Notes: generated by a model from the letters alone, not told the origin. Counted from the first letter of the stretch, positions 24,255-36,815 are shown. The stretch is 64,000 bases of DNA from an uncultured Actinomycetes bacterium (GCA_963720885.1 CAVRGW010000005.1:871704-935703); one strand, 5' to 3'. Program-made: numbers and translations.

Positions 24255-24795
24255 CGCCCTCCGCCTGCGCGGTCGAGAACGCGGACAGGTCGACGTCGGC
24301 GAGGGCCTCGTCGATCAACCGCCTCTGCTCGGCCGCGTCCAGCTGCTTGCGCACCACCTTCTCGGTGGCCGCGACCGTGAGGTCGGCCAGCGTCGCCTTG
24401 ATCTCCTGCAGCGACCGGCGCCGCTCCGAGTCGATCTCGGCGCGCGCGCGCTCGACCTGGCGGGTCTTCTCGGCCTCCAGCTCGGCGAGCGCCTCCCGCC
24501 GCTGCTCCTCGGAGGTGCGGCGGGCGCTCTCGACGATCTGCATCGCCTCCTTGCGCGACTCGGCCAGCGCGGCGCGATACTCGGCGAGCGCCGTCTGGGC
24601 CTCCTCGCGCGCCTGCTCGGCGGCGTCGATGTCGGACGCGATCGCGGTGCGGCGCTCGTCCAGCATGGCCTGGATCGGGCCGAACGCGAATCGCTTCAGC
24701 ACGTAGAGGACGATCAGGAACGTCACGATCGTCCAGAACATCAACCCGAAGTTGATGTCGATCAGGCTGGGCTTGGCGGCTTCCAGAAGCGGCAT
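24247..24795 (-). CDS. atpF: F0F1 ATP synthase subunit b
   Basis: 182 aa: N-terminal TM segment, then a long charged helix (A/E/R-rich). Confidence 0.85.
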   Translation of the reverse strand: MPLLEAAKPSLIDINFGLMFWTIVTFLIVLYVLKRFAFGPIQAMLDERRTAIASDIDAAEQAREEAQTALAEYRAALAESRKEAMQIVESARRTSEEQRREALAELEAEKTRQVERARAEIDSERRRSLQEIKATLADLTVAATEKVVRKQLDAAEQRRLIDEALADVDLSAFSTAQAEGDG

Positions 24796-24808
24796 CTGCT
24801 CCTCGCTC

Positions 24809-25906
<1,098 letters not shown>

Positions 25907-25910
<4 letters not shown>

Positions 25911-26305
25911 GAGTTGGTGCCCCCGATCGAGGCGCTGAAGTTCTTGTGGGTGAGGATCCGCGTCCCGATGTCCAGGGTGACGAGCACCATGAACAGCAGC
26001 ACCGAGCTGACCGCCAGGGTGGTGTCGTGGCGGGTGACCAGGAACAGGATCAGCATCCCGATCCATGGGCGCAGCAGCATGCTCGCGCCCATCACGCCGA
26101 CGCCGCGAAGCGCGGTCATCTCGGCCGCGCGGCGCTCGATGCGCGCCTGCAGGTAGCGGTTGAGCGCCCACAGCGCCGTGGCGCAGAACCAGCCGGCCAG
26201 CGGCCAGCCCGCCAGCGCGAACACCGGCAGCGCCACCACCGCGACGACGGCGTCGAGGTTGTGGGCGAGAAGCTTGAGAAGCGAGGTTGAGGTCGGGGTG
26301 CTCAC
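25907..26305 (-). CDS. AtpI-position small membrane protein (about 4 TM segments)
   Basis: Last 132 codons of ORF 25907..26401. GTG 26305 overlaps the upstream stop. Hydrophobic segments; operon position is upstream of atpB. Confidence 0.55.
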
Positions 26306-26496
26306 AGGTTCCGGTACTTGCGGTAGACGAGGTAGAAGCTCACGGGCACGCCGATCACGACACCGACGATCGCCCCGGCCGCCAGACTCCCGAACAGCCA
26401 TCCGGCGCCGAGCCCGAGGCCCACGAACAGGATCAGAGCAGCCAGCAGGTACATCCCCGCCAGCCCCGCCGTCGCCGCCGGGCGCCTGTCCGTCAT
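26302..26496 (-). CDS. AtpZ/ATPase_gene1-like small membrane protein
   Basis: Start set to ATG 26496. 64 aa with two TM segments and a terminal YLVYRKYRNL. It is the first gene of the atp cluster. Confidence 0.55.
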   Translation of the reverse strand: MTDRRPAATAGLAGMYLLAALILFVGLGLGAGWLFGSLAAGAIVGVVIGVPVSFYLVYRKYRNL

Positions 26497-26538
26497 GTGG
26501 GTCTCACACTCGTCGCCGGCCGCCGGCCGGGCCGCCGT

Positions 26539-26568
26539 AGTATGCCAGAACTCGGGACTATGTGACAA
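26539..26568 (-). promoter_or_regulatory. candidate sigma-70-type promoter of the atp operon (TTGTCA-18 nt-CATACT)
   Basis: The minus strand reads TTGTCAcatagtcccgagttctggCATACT in the wecA-atpZ gap, about 45 nt upstream of ATG 26496. Confidence 0.3.
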
Positions 26569-26632
26569 CCACGAAGTCGCGACCGATGTCCCTCAAACCC
26601 GCTTTCCGTGGCGAAAAGGGAGAAACCAGCGG

Positions 26633-27760
26633 TCAGGCGGCCCGCCCGCTTTGTGGCATGTCGTCGGTATCCCGGCGGAACGGCCGCAGGGCGCGCATGC
26701 GGCGAAGCTTGATGATCTCCAGCAGCAGCACCACGTAGACGGACGAGATCAGGGCCATGACGCCGAACCCGCCGAGCACGAGCACCGACACCGGGTCCCA
26801 GCCGTCCTCGTGGCTGGGCACGAAGCGGACGGCCAGCGCGAACGCGGACAGCGATACGCACCACGCGTAGACGTACAGCGCGGCCCGCCGCTGGCTGAAC
26901 CCGATGTTCGCGAAGCGGTGGTGGAAGTGCGAGCGGTCGGCCTCGTAGATCGGCCGGCCGTACTTCAGGCGCTTGGCGATCACGAACGACGTATCGAGGA
27001 TCGGCAGCGCCAGGATCACCAGCGGCAGCACCAGCGAGACGGCAGCCGCGGTCTTCAGCACGCCCTGGATCGCCATCGCGGCCAGCAGGTAGCCGAGCAT
27101 CAACGCACCGGCGTCGCCCATGAAGATGGTGGCCGGGTGGAAGTTGTACCGGAGGAAGCCCAGGGTCGCCCCGGCGACGATGGCGCAGATGGCGGCGGCG
27201 TCCTCGCGGCCCAGCGACGCTGCCAGCACGGCAAACGTCAGCGCGGCGATACCGCAGAAGCCGGCGGCCAGTCCGTCCATGCCGTCGATGAAGTTGACGA
27301 TGTTGGCAATGGCGACGATCCAGACGATCGTCACCGGGTACTGCCACCATCCGAGGTCGAACACGCCGAGCACCGGCAGCGTGACGTGGTCGATGGTGAT
27401 GCCCAGGAACGCGGGGATCGACGCGATCGCCATCATCCCGCCGAGCTTCACACCCGGGTGCAGCGGGTGGATGTCGTCCAGCGCGCCGAGCATCGCCATC
27501 AGCGCGGCGCCGGCGATGATTCCCCAGAAGCCGTGGTCGTTGCCCAGAGCGGCAGCGGGGATGGCGATGGCGGCGAAGATGGCAAGCCCGCCGAGCAGCG
27601 GCGTCGGCCGGGCGTGGAGCCGGCGCTCCTCGGTGGGCGTGTCGACGATCCCCGCCCTCCAGGCGGCCTGGGAAACGACCGGCGTCAGCAGCACGGCCAG
27701 CAGGAACGCGACCAGGAAGCCGACGGCAGCGGCCTGTTGGTCAAGCAGCGAGCCGTCCAT
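26633..27760 (-). CDS. wecA: MraY-family polyprenyl-phosphate N-acetylhexosamine-1-phosphate transferase (WecA/TagO-like)
   Basis: 375 aa: ALDDI, NIVNFIDGMDGLA, RYNFHPA.IFMGDAG. About 10 TM segments. Confidence 0.85.
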   Translation of the reverse strand: MDGSLLDQQAAAVGFLVAFLLAVLLTPVVSQAAWRAGIVDTPTEERRLHARPTPLLGGLAIFAAIAIPAAALGNDHGFWGIIAGAALMAMLGALDDIHPLHPGVKLGGMMAIASIPAFLGITIDHVTLPVLGVFDLGWWQYPVTIVWIVAIANIVNFIDGMDGLAAGFCGIAALTFAVLAASLGREDAAAICAIVAGATLGFLRYNFHPATIFMGDAGALMLGYLLAAMAIQGVLKTAAAVSLVLPLVILALPILDTSFVIAKRLKYGRPIYEADRSHFHHRFANIGFSQRRAALYVYAWCVSLSAFALAVRFVPSHEDGWDPVSVLVLGGFGVMALISSVYVVLLLEIIKLRRMRALRPFRRDTDDMPQSGRAA

Positions 27761-27894
27761 CGGTACAGCCTACTTCGCCGCGGAGGTGCGGATTCCCACA
27801 AGGTCGTTCAGCGCGGGTTAACAGAGTGGCGCTGCCTGTGCAGGCTCGGTACTCTGATCTCCACTGAATCAGTTGACAATAGGGAGTTGGCCAC

Positions 27895-28038
27895 ATGTAC
27901 CACCTGATCCTCCAGGCAACGAAGCCGCCGCGTCCACACGAGCGAGAGACCGAGCGCCAGCACTTCGAGCGGATGGCGCGCGAGGCGCGCAAGTCGCAGC
28001 GGCGCATCCTTTCCCGCCGGCGCAAGCCGGCTGCGTGA
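27895..28038 (+). CDS. hypothetical very basic 47-aa protein
   Basis: ATG 27895 lies 8 nt after AGGGAG (27881-27886). MYHLILQATKPPRPHERETERQHFERMAREARKSQRRILSRRRKPAA. GC3 is high. Too short for the ORF track. Confidence 0.4.
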   Translation: MYHLILQATKPPRPHERETERQHFERMAREARKSQRRILSRRRKPAA

Positions 28039-28105
28039 AACAACGGGGTCAGACCCCTTTGTTTCACCGCCACGCAACAACGGGGTCAGACCCCTTTGTT
28101 GCGTG
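28035..28105. repeat. two tandem REP-like hairpins (class II core GGGGTCAGACCCC)
   Basis: GTGAAACAAcGGGGtcagaCCCCtTTGTTTCAC (28035-28067) and CACGCAACAAcGGGGtcagaCCCCtTTGTTGCGTG (28071-28105). They share an identical 25-nt core, and the outer stems differ but stay complementary. They lie between convergent genes. Confidence 0.8.
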
Positions 28106-28114
28106 GCGTCCGGG

Positions 28115-28745
28115 TCACCTGGTGCCGTAGAGCCGGTCGCCCGCGTCGCCCAGCCCGGGCATGATGAATCCGCGCTCGTTGATGGCGCGGTCGAGGGCCG
28201 CGGTGTAGACCTCGGCCTCGGGCACCTCCGCTCCGAACCGGGCAACACCTTCCGGCGCGGCGACGATCGAGAGCAGCCGGATCCGGCGAGCGCCGGCGTC
28301 AGCGCAGAGCCGCCCCGCGGCGGAGGCGGTGCCGCCCGTCGCCAGCATCGGGTCGAGCAGCAACACGTCGCGCTGCCCGAGGTCGCCGGGCAGCTTGCGG
28401 TAGTACTCGACAGGCTCCAGCGTCTGCTCGTCCCGGTAGAGGCCGACGAATCCCACGCGGGCAACGGGGATCAGGTCGAGCACCGCGTCCAGCATCCCCA
28501 CCCCCGCCCGCATCACGGCGACCACGCCCAGCTTCTTGCCCGATACCTGCGCGCCGTGTCGTGCGCTCCAGCGGTGTCTCCACCTCGACCGGCTCGAGCT
28601 CCAGGTCGCGCGTCGCCTCGTAGCAGAGGAACGCGGCGATCTCGCCCATCAGCAGCCGGAAGTCGCGGGTGGTCGTCGTCCGGTCGCGCAACAGGGTGAG
28701 CTTGTGCTGGACGAGCGGGTGGTCGACCAGGTGAAGCTCAGGCAC
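28115..28745 (-). pseudogene. upp: uracil phosphoribosyltransferase, frameshifted as sequenced (1-nt insertion within 28551-28566)
   Basis: [29 protein letters not shown] | ..[32 protein letters not shown] lie in two frames. 631 nt minus 1 gives 210 codons. Confidence 0.9.
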
Positions 28746-30037
28746 CGGGCACGGCGGGGTAGCCGTTGACCAGGTGGGCGTAGAGCGGCCGGCCGGCCAG
28801 CAGCTCGCCGGTGCGGCGGCGAAGCGCCGGGAGGTCTGCCGCCGGGTCGAGCGTCTCCAGGATGATCGACCCGACCTCGCGCATGTCGTCCTCGTCGAAG
28901 CCGCGCATCGTCGCGGCCGGCGTGCCGACGCGCACGCCGGAGGCGATCGTCGGCGGCCGCTCGTCGAACGGCACCGTGTTGCGGTTGACGGTGATCGCCA
29001 CCTCGTGCAGGCGCTCCTCGGCATCCTTGCCCGACCACTGCGTGCTCCGCAGGTCCATCTGCAGCAGATGGATGTCGGTGCCGCCGGTGACCAGGTCGAT
29101 GCCGCCGTCCATCAGCGTGCGGGCCAGCGCCGCGGCGTTGTCCACGATCTGCTGCTGATAGGCGCGGAAGGCGTCGCTCGCGGCCAGCTTGAAGCACACG
29201 GCCTTGGCCGCGACCACGTGGCAGAGCGGGCCGCCCTGGAGGCCCGGGAACACCGCCTTGTCGATCGCCGTCGCGTGATCGGCCCGGCAGAGCACCATCC
29301 CCGACCGGGGGCCGGCGAGCGTCTTGTGCGTGGTCGAGGTGACGACGTCGGCATGCTCGACCGGATTCGGGTGAAGCCCGGCGGCGACCAGCCCGGCGAA
29401 GTGCGCCATATCGACCATCAGCAACGCGCCGACCTCGTCGGCGATCGCGCGGAACTGGGCGGCGTCGATCACCCGCGGGTACGCCGACGCACCCGCGACG
29501 ATCAGCTTGGGCCGCACCTCATGCGCCAGCCTCCGCACCTCGTCGAAGTCGATCCGCTGGTCCTCGCGGCGCACGCCGTACATGTGGACGGCGTAGTTGC
29601 GGCCGGAGAAGTTGACCTTCAGCCCGTGCGTCAGGTGCCCGCCGTGGTCGAGGCGCAGGCCGAGCACCGGGTCGCCGTGCTCGAGCAGGGCGAAGTAGGC
29701 GGCCTGGTTGGCCGGGCGCGCCGGCGTGGGGCTGGACGTTGGCGTGATCGGCGCCGAACAGCTCCTTCGCGCGGTCGATCGCGAGCTGCTCGACCTCGTC
29801 CACCCACTCGCAGCCGCCGTAGTAGCGGCGGCCCGGGTAGCCCTCGGCGTACTTGTTGGTGAGCACCGAGCCGACCGCCTGCAGCACGGCGGGCCAGGTG
29901 AAGTTCTCGGAGGCGATCAGCTCCAGCTGGTCGCGTTGGCGGCCCAGCTCCTTGTCGACCAGGCCCGCGACCGCCGGGTCGATTTCGGCCAGGCCGGCTG
30001 CCTGGTAGGACTGCCACGTCTGCTCGGCTACGGCCAC
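28738..30037 (-). pseudogene. glyA: serine hydroxymethyltransferase, frameshifted as sequenced (1-nt insertion near G-run 29714-29716)
   Basis: ..[34 protein letters not shown] | ..[39 protein letters not shown] lie in two frames. 1300 nt minus 1 gives 433 codons. GTG 30037 is behind GAGGAG. Confidence 0.9.
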
Positions 30038-30087
30038 GGTGCTGCTCCTCGTCGGTCGCTGGAGGGATCTTCGATGCTACCTGGCGA

Positions 30088-30855
30088 TCACGGGTGCTGC
30101 GACACCGCGAGCACGTTGCCGTCGGGGTCGCGGAACCAGGCCACCCGGACGCCGCCCGGCGCCGTCCACACGCCCAGCGAGTCCTGCTCCATTCCGTCGA
30201 AGCGCGCGAACTCGACCCCGCGGCCCATCAGCTCCTCCACGGCGGCGCCGATGTCGGGCACGCGCCAGCCGAGCACGGTGTACGGCGCCGCGACGACCTC
30301 GCGCGCGGTTGTCACCCGCAGCTGCGTCCCGCCGGCGTCGAACACGGTCGCGAACGGCGTCTGCTCGACCAGCGGCAGCGCGAGCGTCTCCTCGTAGAAC
30401 CCGCGCGACCGCTCCGCGTCGATCGTCGCCACGAACGCGACCAGCTCGCAAGCGCCCAGCAGCCCGCCCGGGCGGTACGGCTCGACCGGCAGCCCGGCCG
30501 CCGCCCAGGCCTCGAACCCACCGGCCAGGTCGGTGGCGCGCTCGACGCCCAGCCGCAGGAGCGTCTCGGCCGCAAGCGTCGACGAGTACCCCTGCTGGCA
30601 CATGACGATCACCTCGCCGGTGGCGGCGGCGATCCGCGGATCCTGGTAGCCGGAGGCCGGATCGACCCGCCACTCCAGCACGTTTCGGTGGATGCGGATC
30701 GCGCCCGGGACGAGCCCGCCTGCGACGCGCTGCTCGTGGCTGCGCGTGTCGATCAGCACCGCGCCGAGCTGCATCGCCCGCTGTGCCTCCGCCGGCTGGA
30801 GCTGGCGGTAGCGCGACCGGGCGTCGGCCAGCAGATCGTCGAGCGGCGGCGTCAT
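30088..30855 (-). CDS. rhodanese-domain / VOC (glyoxalase-bleomycin-resistance fold) fusion protein
   Basis: Start set to ATG 30855 (ATGA overlap). N-terminal half has the rhodanese loop VMCQQGYSS; C-terminal half is VOC-like (FYEETLALPLV..WFRDPDGNVLAV). Confidence 0.65.
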   Translation of the reverse strand: MTPPLDDLLADARSRYRQLQPAEAQRAMQLGAVLIDTRSHEQRVAGGLVPGAIRIHRNVLEWRVDPASGYQDPRIAAATGEVIVMCQQGYSSTLAAETLLRLGVERATDLAGGFEAWAAAGLPVEPYRPGGLLGACELVAFVATIDAERSRGFYEETLALPLVEQTPFATVFDAGGTQLRVTTAREVVAAPYTVLGWRVPDIGAAVEELMGRGVEFARFDGMEQDSLGVWTAPGGVRVAWFRDPDGNVLAVSQHP

Positions 30856-31453
30856 GACTGCAATCGTATGACGGACTGGAGCACGCGATCGACGCCGGGC
30901 CCGTCCCGCAGCACGACGGGCTCCGCGCCGGTCACGTCGATCACGGACGATGCCGCGCCCGGCAGGTCGCCGCCGTCGACGACCACGGCCGCCCGGGTGG
31001 TCAGCTCGCCGGGCACGTCCTCCAGTCGCCCCGGCGCCGGCCCGCCGCGCAGGTTCGCGCTGGTGATCAGCAGGCCGCCGACGGCGTCCGCCAGCGGGCA
31101 ACACCGGGCGCCAGCAGCGGCACCCGTACGCCGATCCGATCCGGCGCATCGCCGCAGAGGTGCGGGAAGCGACCGCCGGGGTTCTCGACCACCAGCGTCA
31201 CCGGTCCAGGCAACACGACGCGGCAGAGTCCCGCCGTGCGGGCCGACAGCTCGGGCAGCAGGCCAAGCAGCCCGTCGACCGAGCCGGCCATGATCGCCGT
31301 CGGCTGGCCGGCCGGCCGTTCCTTCAGCGCGTAGAGCTCCGCGCACGCATCCGGCAGCCCGGCCGCGCAGGCGATGCCGTACACCGTGTCCGTGGGCAGC
31401 ACGGCGAGCGCGCCGCTCCGCAGCCGCTCGGCGGCGTCCGAGCTCAGCCCCAC
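30852..31453 (-). pseudogene. tsaC: L-threonylcarbamoyladenylate synthase (TsaC/YrdC/YwlC type), frameshifted as sequenced (1-nt deletion at G-run 31096-31098)
   Basis: LAVLPTDTVYGIACAA..ALKERPAGQP..IGVRVPLLAPGVA | PLADAVGGLLITSANLRGG.. lie in two frames. 602 nt plus 1 gives 201 codons. Confidence 0.8.
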
Positions 31454-32280
31454 CGCGCCGACACCACGCGCTCGATCCCGGCCAGGTCGCGGGCGACGTC
31501 CGCCGCGCCATAGCCGAGACGGTCGAGCTCGGCGACCAACCATGCCGCCTGTCCCGCGCCGCACTCCAGCACCAGCCATCCGCCCTCGACCAGGTGCTCG
31601 CGCGCATCGGGCAGCAGCCGCCGGTAGGCATCGAGGCCGTCCCCGGCGACCGTTGCCAGGCGAGGCTCGTGCATGGCGACCTCCGGCTCCAGGCCCTCGA
31701 TCTCCAGCTCCGACACGTAGGGCGGGTTGGAGGCGATCAGGTTGAACCGGCGGTCGCCCAGGCCGTCCAGCAGGTCACCCTGGAGCATCTCGACCGCGAG
31801 GCCGAGCGCGACCGCGTTCGCCCAGGCGACGTCGAGCGCCGCCGGCGAGACGTCGGTCGCCGTGACCCGGGCCGCCGGAAGCTCCGAGGCGATCGCCAGC
31901 GCGATCGCGCCCGACCCCGTGCCCACGTCCAGCACCGCCGGCTCCGCCACGTCGCGCGAGCAGCTCGAGGCAGCGGTCAACGACCAGCTCGGTCTCCGGG
32001 CGCGGCACCAGCACGCAGCTGTCCACCTTCAGGTCGAGATGGCGGAACCCGCGCGTGCCGACGATGTAGGCGACCGGCTCGCGGTCGCCGCGGCGGCGGA
32101 CGAGCTCCCGGCAGACGTCCAGCTCCGCCTCCGTCATCGGCCGGTCGTGACCCGTGTACAGCTCGATCCGGGACACGCCCAGCCCGTGGGCGAGCAGCAG
32201 CTCGGCGTCCAGGCGAGCGGTCGGGCTGCCCCTGTCCTCGAGGTACTGCGTCGACCGCCGCAGCACCTCGGCCAGCGCGA

Positions 32281-32284
<4 letters not shown>
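31444..32284 (-). pseudogene. prmC: peptide-chain-release-factor N5-glutamine methyltransferase, frameshifted as sequenced (1-nt insertion near 31953-31958)
   Basis: ..LVPRPETELVVDRCLELLA | DVAEPAVLDVGTGSGAIALAIA..IASNPPY.. lie in two frames. GTG 32284 overlaps the prfA stop. 841 nt minus 1 gives 280 codons. Confidence 0.85.
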
Positions 32285-33348
<1,064 letters not shown>

Positions 33349-33371
33349 GCCGCACGCAGTGTGCCAGACGG

Positions 33372-34292
33372 CTACGCCATGACTTCGACGCGCGCGCGGC
33401 CGCGCTCGTGCTCGGCGCGCTGCTCGGCGGCGAGCACGTCCTTCAGCGCGTTGATCGAGACCTCGAGCTGGTCGAGCGTCGGCTCGCGGGTCGTCAGCCG
33501 CTGCAGCCACAGGCCGGGCGCCAGCGCCGTGCGCACGATCGAGTTGTTGGGTGCTTGCCGCCGAACCGGATCAGCTCGTAGGCGAGGCCGGCGATCACCG
33601 GCAGCAGCAGCACGCGCGAGGCGATCAGCACAGGCCAGTCGGGCCGACCGACGGCGGCGAACACGAACACGGCGATCACCATCACCCACAGCAGGAACGC
33701 GGTGCCGCAGCGCAGGTGGATCTTCGAGTAGCCCTGCACGGTCTCCGGCGTCAGCGTCGGCGCCGTCCTCGTAGGCGTTGATCGCCTTGTGCTCGGCGGC
33801 GTGGTACTGGAACACGCGGCGCAGATCGGGGATCAGCGAGATCAGCGCCAGGTAGCCGATCAGCAGCCCGACCCGGATCGCGCCTTCGACGATCACGAAC
33901 CAGCCCGTCGAGTCGATCCCGATGAAGTCGGTGATCAGCGCCGGCGACACCTTGAACACGATCACCGTGAATCCGATGGCGACCGCGAACGCAAAGATCA
34001 GCTGGCCGCGGGTCAGTTCCGCGGTCGGCGCCTCGCCGGTGGCGTCGCCGTCGTCCACCGCGGCGTAATGGGCGGAGATGGCCAGCGCGCGGAACCCGAT
34101 CACCAGCGACTCGCCGAGCGCGACGATGCCGCGGATCACGGGCAGGCGAAGCCACCGCCGGCGGGCGGCGACGCTGGTCACCGGCTGCGACACCGTCTCG
34201 ACCTCGCCGTCGGCGCGGCGCACCGACACCGACCACGAGGACGGGGTGCGCATCATCACGCCTTCCAGGACGGCCTGGCCGCCGACGTTCAT
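33372..34292 (-). pseudogene. DUF1385 (YqhQ-like) membrane protein, two opposite frameshifts as sequenced (insertion near 33753-33757, deletion at G-run 33548-33550)
   Basis: The protein is split over three frames: [35 protein letters not shown] | [29 protein letters not shown] | NNSIVRTALAPGLWLQRLTTREP... Total 921 nt gives 307 codons. Confidence 0.8.
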
Positions 34293-34367
34293 TGGATCAC
34301 CACCATCGGAATCATGGTCGGCAGGATCGCCCGGCGCAATGAGCGCCGCGTGAGAATCCGGTCGCCG

Positions 34368-34580
34368 CTAGGAGCCGGAGCCGGCACGCGCCTGGCGCCG
34401 CCGGAACCGCTCGACACGGCCGCCCGTGTCGACCAGCTTCTGCTTGCCGGTGTAGAACGGATGGCAGTCCGAGCAGAGCTCGACGTGCATCTCGGGCTTG
34501 GTCGACCGGGTGATGAAATCGTTGCCGCAAGAACAGTGGACGTGGGAGACCACGTATGCGGGATGAATGTCTGGCTTCAT
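34368..34580 (-). CDS. rpmE: 50S ribosomal protein L31 (Zn-ribbon type)
   Basis: Start set to ATG 34580: [46 protein letters not shown]. Confidence 0.9.
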   Translation of the reverse strand: MKPDIHPAYVVSHVHCSCGNDFITRSTKPEMHVELCSDCHPFYTGKQKLVDTGGRVERFRRRQARAGSGS

Positions 34581-34665
34581 GGTGATTTCAGCGTAGCAGG
34601 GCGAGCAAACCGGCACCGCGCCTCTCGCGACGCGGCTCCCGGGTCGGCGGCTAGGATCGTCCGTC

Positions 34666-36360
34666 ATGGCCCGCCGCCGACCATCCGATTACCGGCCGCC
34701 CGTGCGGGTCGGCGAGTTCGTCCAGGCCCCCGAGGCCGAGGAGGACGAGCGGATCGACGTCGGCGTCTGCTTCGTCGGCGGCGGCCCCGCCGGCCTGGCC
34801 GGCGCGCTGCGGCTGGCACAGCTGCTGGAGGCCGACCCGGCGACCGCCGAGAAGCTGGGCGACACGCCGATCGCCGTGCTCGACAAGGGCCGCGTCGTCG
34901 GCGCGCACCTGCTGTCCGGCGCAGTGGTCAACCCGTCCGCGCTGCGCGACCTGTTGCCGGGCGAGGAGATCGGGTCGCTCCCCGGCTGCTACGGCGAGGT
35001 GCGCAAGGAGTCCGTCTACATCATGCGCAAGGGTTGGGAGGTGCGGATCCCCACGCCGCCGCCCTTCCACAACAAGGGCAACTTCGTCTTCTCGCTGAGC
35101 CAGCTGGGCCGCCACCTCGCGGAGCGGGCCGAGGAGATGGGCGTGATGGTGCTGCCCGAGACCGACGCGCAGAAGCTGCTGGTGCGCGGCCAGTCGGTGG
35201 TCGGCGTGCGCACCGGCGACAAGGGCCTCGACCGCGACGGCCAGCCGCTCGGCTCGTTCGAGCCCGGCGTCGAGGTGCACGCGCAGACGACGGTGCTGTC
35301 CGAGGGCACCCAGGGCCACCTGGCCGGCGCGCTGTTCGAGCGGTTCCGGGTGCACGGCGACATGCCGCAGGTGTGGAGCCTCGGCGTCAAGGAGGTCTGG
35401 CGCGTCGACCATCCGCTCGACCGCGTCGTCCACACGCTGGGCTGGCCGTTCCGGCTGGGCGGCAAGTGGAAGGAGCTGGGCGGCAGCTTCATCTATCCGA
35501 TGGGCGAGGACATGCTGACCATCGGCCTGGTCTGCGGCCTGGACACGCTCGACGCATCGCTGTCCGTCCACGACTCGCTGCAGCTGTTCAAGACGCACCC
35601 GCTGATCCGGCGGATGCTGGAGGGTGGCGAGCGAATCGGCTGGGGCGCGAAGACCATCCCCGAGGGCGGATTCCTCTCCATCCCCCACCGCCTGAGCGTG
35701 CCCGGCGCGATCGTCACGGGCGATAGCGCCGGCTTCGTCAACGTGCCGAAGCTGAAGGGCATCCACTACGCGATGCGCTCGGGGATGCTGGCGGCGGAGA
35801 CGATCTACGAGGCGCTCAAGGGCGGCGCCGAGCTGAACACCGCCGCGCTCACCGGCTACGACGAGCGGGTGCGCCGCAGCCACATCTGGAGCGACCTGCG
35901 GAAGGTGCGCAATATGCGCCAGGCGCTCGGCAAGGGGATGTTCGTCGGGGCGCCGATCGGCGGGATCATGGACATCACGCGGGGTGCCCTGCCCGGCGGC
36001 TCGTGGAAGTTCCACCGCGACGCCGAGGAGCCCGTGGAGCCGGGCACCCGCGAGTACCCGGCCCCCGACGGCGCGCTGACCTTCGACAAGCTGTCCAGCG
36101 TCTTCCTATCAGGCAACAGAAGCCGGGACGACCAGCCGAACCACATCCGCGTCGCCGAGTCGGTGCCGCGCGAGGTCGCCGAGGCGTGGGTCGCGATGTG
36201 CCCGGCCGCGGTCTACGAGATCGACGGCGACGACGGTGGGCCGGCGGTGCGGCTCAAGCTCAGCCCGTCGAACTGCGTGCAGTGCGGCGCCATCACGGCG
36301 CGCGGCGGTCGGCTGACTCCGCCCGAGGGCGGCAGCGGCCCCGAGTACACGCTGACCTAG
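34666..36360 (+). CDS. electron-transfer flavoprotein:ubiquinone oxidoreductase (ETF-QO)
   Basis: 564 aa: [11 protein letters not shown] motif, ..[11 protein letters not shown].., and a C-terminal 4Fe-4S region [13 protein letters not shown]. Confidence 0.85.
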   Translation: MARRRPSDYRPPVRVGEFVQAPEAEEDERIDVGVCFVGGGPAGLAGALRLAQLLEADPATAEKLGDTPIAVLDKGRVVGAHLLSGAVVNPSALRDLLPGEEIGSLPGCYGEVRKESVYIMRKGWEVRIPTPPPFHNKGNFVFSLSQLGRHLAERAEEMGVMVLPETDAQKLLVRGQSVVGVRTGDKGLDRDGQPLGSFEPGVEVHAQTTVLSEGTQGHLAGALFERFRVHGDMPQVWSLGVKEVWRVDHPLDRVVHTLGWPFRLGGKWKELGGSFIYPMGEDMLTIGLVCGLDTLDASLSVHDSLQLFKTHPLIRRMLEGGERIGWGAKTIPEGGFLSIPHRLSVPGAIVTGDSAGFVNVPKLKGIHYAMRSGMLAAETIYEALKGGAELNTAALTGYDERVRRSHIWSDLRKVRNMRQALGKGMFVGAPIGGIMDITRGALPGGSWKFHRDAEEPVEPGTREYPAPDGALTFDKLSSVFLSGNRSRDDQPNHIRVAESVPREVAEAWVAMCPAAVYEIDGDDGGPAVRLKLSPSNCVQCGAITARGGRLTPPEGGSGPEYTLT

Positions 36361-36362
36361 GG

Positions 36363-36785
36363 TTACGCCTCGACGCGCTCGAGATCGACGACGACGTGCG
36401 TGATCGGCACGTCGGTCTCCGCCCGCGCGCGCTCGACGACGCCCTTCTCCATCCAGTTCGACCGGCCGGGCGGGTGCGTCGAGATGACGATCTCGTCCGC
36501 GTCGAACTCGAACAGCGCGTCGCCCATCGCCCGCACCGGGTCGGTGTCGCCAACCGCCCCGCGGGCGTGGATGCCGACCTCGTCGAGGTGCTTGAGCGAC
36601 TCGTGCAGCCGCCCCTCGGCGGCCTCGCGCGCCTTGTCCACGTCGGCGAACAGGTGGCGCAGCCGGGAGTTCAGGGCCGGTGCCACGACCAGCACCTCCC
36701 CGCCTGCCGCGCGCTCCTTGACGGCGTCCATCAGCTCACGCCCGGCGAGGGTCTCGTTCGCGATGACCAGCACCTTGCGGCTCAT
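36363..36785 (-). CDS. hypothetical USP-like (adenine-nucleotide alpha-hydrolase-fold) protein
   Basis: Last 140 codons of ORF 36363..37295 from ATG 36785: MSRKVLVIANETLAGRELMDAV..VLVVAPAL..EIVISTHPPGRSNWME. Confidence 0.5.
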   Translation of the reverse strand: MSRKVLVIANETLAGRELMDAVKERAAGGEVLVVAPALNSRLRHLFADVDKAREAAEGRLHESLKHLDEVGIHARGAVGDTDPVRAMGDALFEFDADEIVISTHPPGRSNWMEKGVVERARAETDVPITHVVVDLERVEA

Positions 36786-36815
36786 AGGTGGAGAGCCTAG
36801 CGCCTTGGTGCGACT

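Noticed and set aside
28035-28105. Tandem hairpins considered as a tRNA or small structured RNA gene
   Set aside because: There is no cloverleaf and no conserved tRNA boxes. The structure is two simple stem-loops with a repeated core, which is better explained as REP-like or terminator elements.
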